Positions 41,170 through 42,082 of a stretch of DNA of 42,082 nt are shown piece by piece. Position numbers and translations under genes: made by a program. The stretch covers positions 1-42,082 of the forward strand of contig JWZX01002880.1 of the NCBI GenBank assembly GCA_001275005.1, given 5' to 3'. The notes under the pieces are model-generated. The model made no database searches. It saw only the letters and a list, made by a program, of their open reading frames with translations, and was not told the DNA's origin. How positions within the stretch are numbered: position 1 is the stretch's first letter; every line of letters begins with the position of its first letter. This DNA is from Chrysochromulina tobinii (lineage: Eukaryota).

Positions 41170-41794
41170 TCAGCGCTGCATCTCCACGCTCGAGACGCCA
41201 CCGGCGACGCCGACGACGCCCCCTCCGCCCGCACGAATGATCGTCTTCGGCACTGCCATGCGTGGTGGTGCACAGCAACGGCAGCACTCGCAGCGCATAA
41301 ATCCTTCGTCCTCGAGGCAGCTGAGGCAGCAAACCTGCAACGGCACACAGGCGAGGCGGGCATACTATGAATGAGTCGGCGCGTCTCACGGCGAGATGAA
41401 GAAAGCGGAGGGACGAGGGAGGCTGTGGGGACGAGGCTGTTCATACAGTGCAGTGGCACTTGGACAGATACATGTTCTCGCCGTAGGGGAACGAGTACGC
41501 GTCGAAGCAGCACAGGCAGCGCGACCAGCCGTTGCAGACACTGTTGGGCATCTTGAAGCCAAACGAGCAGCAGAAGCATCCAATCTTGCAGCACTCGCCC
41601 TTTGATAGATCGGTGATCATGCCGGGCCCTAGCATCCGCTCATCCTTTGCGAGGCAGGCCTCGCCGCTAAGACAGCACATCTCACCTTGGCCCTTGTAGC
41701 AGATCGACAAATTTGAGTCGCAACCATAAATGCAGCAGACGCAACCACCAGCAACGCACGATGTCGTGTCGTCATCCAACTCTTCTGGCGGCAT
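41170..41794 (-). CDS. Cysteine-rich hypothetical protein (170 aa)
   Basis: Exons 41794-41447 and 41334-41170 join in phase 0: ...SKCHCT|VCCLSCLEDEGFMRCECCRCC...SSVEMQR*. Many CC/CxCC motifs. Confidence 0.75.
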
Positions 41795-42082
41795 TTTGAG
41801 AGGGAGAGGAGGGGGTGGACAACCTGGTGCAAACGGCGAGGACGAGAACGCGAACGACAACTGAGAGCCAGATTTGTAACTGAATAAGTACCAAATGCAT
41901 GCTAGTTGCAGTGACATCTCCGATCCATCCCCACCTTGTGGACTCGCTTTCACGTTTTTGCCGAGTTCTGGAACACCCCTCCTTTTTTTCTCTTTAAGGG
42001 GCGGAACGCATTTGAGCGCGTCGCTGCCGGGCTCGCTGGCGGCTTCAGACGCGCTCGGGTCGGCCCGTTCGGGCTTCGAGGC

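Overview
GC-rich, gene-dense eukaryotic nuclear DNA with short GT-AG introns. It is most likely from a chlorophyll a/c alga; a Chrysochromulina-like haptophyte is inferred from an Lhcr-type antenna protein with a bipartite 'ACAFHAP' presequence and from the intron repeats. About 22 protein-coding genes can be built. They include RPL26, a PCMTD-like methyltransferase, ESS2, an ankyrin-like protein, a small HSP with an insert, a 3-exon COPS9/CSNAP microprotein that is absent from the ORF track, a CS-CAP-TPR protein, an NAD(P)-binding protein, an MTase-2OG oxygenase fusion, a ZIP transporter, an LHC protein, PKD2-like and EF-hand Kv channels, VID27-like, UBL, filamin-repeat, transglutaminase-like, G-beta-like, hevein-SRCR, PRP39 and a Cys-rich protein. 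There is also the end of a defective hAT transposon and a MITE-like element. The most striking signal is a class of apparently young spliceosomal introns. Each is built from a 17-40 nt copy of the adjacent exon (supplying the GT or the AG), sense-oriented 10-12 nt TGATGGCCTC-like filler repeats and, in two cases, a shared 19-nt acceptor cassette. This suggests an intron-generating mechanism unlike TIR-type introners. All calls are by eye, with no database searches.
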